A stretch of DNA of 64,000 nucleotides from Aminipila terrae. GTDB taxonomy: Bacteria > Bacillota > Clostridia > Peptostreptococcales > Anaerovoracaceae. Of this stretch, positions 62,920 to 64,000 are shown in pieces; the stretch's first letter is position 1; the number at the start of each line of letters is the position of its first letter. The translations under genes were made by a program, and so were the position numbers. The stretch lies in contig NZ_CP047591.1 of NCBI RefSeq assembly GCF_010120715.1, positions 2,586,303-2,650,302 on the forward strand, read 5' to 3'. The notes beneath the pieces were generated by a model. That model had not been told where the DNA came from, searched no databases, and saw nothing but the letters and a program-made list of their open reading frames with translations.

Positions 62920-62948
62920 CTGCAGAAATTATCCTCTGCAGTTTTTTT
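62920..62948 (+). terminator. rho-independent terminator
   Basis: ctgcagaaattatcctctgcag plus T7. Confidence 0.6.
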
Positions 62949-63006
62949 ATTTCTGAAAATGTGGTAAAATATATAGATTAAAGAAAATTAATTAAAGGAG
63001 ATTAAT

Positions 63007-64000
63007 ATGGCCTTTACACATCTTCATGTACATACTGAATACAGTCTGCTGGACGGAGCAGCCAGGATAAAGGACTTAATAGCAAGAGTCAAGGAACTTG
63101 GCATGGATTCTGTTGCTATAACCGACCATGGAGTGATGTTTGGTGTAATTGATTTTTATAGAGAGGCATTAAAGAACGGTATCAAACCTATCATTGGTTG
63201 TGAAGTTTATACCGCAGCCAGAACAATGTTGGACAAGGATGCGGATAAAGATAAATATCAGGGACATTTAGTTCTTTTGGCAAAAAATCAGGAAGGGTAC
63301 CAGAACCTTATAAAAATAGTATCTGAGGGATTTACCAAGGGATACTATTACAAGCCCAGAATTGATAAAAACGTTCTTAGAAAGTATAACAAAGGTATCA
63401 TTGCATTATCTGCGTGTCTGGCTGGAAATATCCAGAGAAAGTTGAGCAACAGAGATTATAGTGGAGCGAAAGAAGAAGCTTTGGAATTACTGGATATATT
63501 TGGGGAAGGTAACTTCTATTTAGAATTGCAGGATCAGGGTCTGGAAGAAGAGTATGCTATTTTAGATGATATGAAAAGACTCAGAGCAGAAACAGGAATC
63601 CCTTTTGTTGCTACAAATGATGTGCATTATGTAAAACAGGAGGATGCTGCAGCACATGACATTTTGCTGTGTATACAGACCGCTACCAATGTGGATGATG
63701 AAAAGCGTATGCGCTTCCCTAATGATCAGTTTTATCTGAAGTCCGAACAGGAAATGAGAGTGATATTTTCAGGTATTCCTGAGGCAATAGAAAACACACA
63801 GAAAATAGCGGACCAGTGTGATGTGAATTTTACTTTTGGTGAGCTTCATTTACCTGAGTTTAAGGCTCCTGATGGCAAAAACAATGCAATCTATCTCCGA
63901 GAACTATGTGAAGCAGGACTGAAAGACAGATATGGAGAAGGGTCACCTGAAATACGGGAGCGGTTTGAATATGAACTTTCCGTAATTGAAAAAATGGGAT
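63007..64000 (+). CDS. dnaE: DNA polymerase III alpha subunit DnaE, N-terminal PHP domain (partial; runs past the window end)
   Basis: MAFTHLHVHTEYSLLDGAARIKDL...DHGVMFG PHP signature. RBS aaaggag. Confidence 0.9.
   Translation, partial: MAFTHLHVHTEYSLLDGAARIKDLIARVKELGMDSVAITDHGVMFGVIDFYREALKNGIKPIIGCEVYTAARTMLDKDADKDKYQGHLVLLAKNQEGYQNLIKIVSEGFTKGYYYKPRIDKNVLRKYNKGIIALSACLAGNIQRKLSNRDYSGAKEEALELLDIFGEGNFYLELQDQGLEEEYAILDDMKRLRAETGIPFVATNDVHYVKQEDAAAHDILLCIQTATNVDDEKRMRFPNDQFYLKSEQEMRVIFSGIPEAIENTQKIADQCDVNFTFGELHLPEFKAPDGKNNAIYLRELCEAGLKDRYGEGSPEIRERFEYELSVIEKMG

Overview
This reads as a low-GC Firmicutes (Clostridia-like) chromosome segment in two parts. Positions 1 to about 36100 are an AT-rich mosaic of horizontally acquired DNA. 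Positions about 36100 to 64000 look like core genome. The left part contains the following. (i) An integrative, probably mobilizable element (about 0.5 to 16.6 kb). It carries a Tn916-type tyrosine integrase, an Xis-like HTH and a Rep_trans/MobT-like initiator or relaxase. It also has a complete Type I R-M operon (hsdM, S, R), a conjugative-element establishment module (DUF932, DpnD/PcfM, YqaJ exonuclease, RecT-like, RadC) and a Mor-family gene. (ii) An accessory island with a transglutaminase-like protease, a lipoprotein and a compact 3 to 4 gene operon of unknown proteins at 19.7 to 22.5 kb. That operon abuts a GmrSD-like (DUF262-DUF1524) type IV restriction gene, which is bracketed by 50-bp direct repeats. 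(iii) Two relics of the 3' half of initiator tRNA-fMet, at 25.9 kb and 36.1 kb, marking old attachment sites. (iv) A locus encoding two WYL-domain regulators, a tRNA-like intergenic element, an SPFH protein, RtcB RNA ligase, a nucleotidyltransferase, a short deformylase-like protein and a 1-Cys peroxiredoxin. The core part encodes glycan-biosynthesis enzymes, a LytTR two-component system, a GGDEF protein, an MCP and a six-tRNA operon (Met, Val, Asp, His, Gln, Cys). It also encodes ABC-F, a U32 peptidase, a putative lysine riboswitch with an amino-acid permease, H+-PPase, an orphan eutS-eutP pair, a YfcC transporter and the start of dnaE. An important technical observation: at least eight genes are split by single-base deletions inside homopolymer runs (A4 to A6, T6, C4 to C5, G4). 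Each is repaired by adding one base. This points to systematic homopolymer sequencing error rather than real pseudogenes. No CRISPR array was found.
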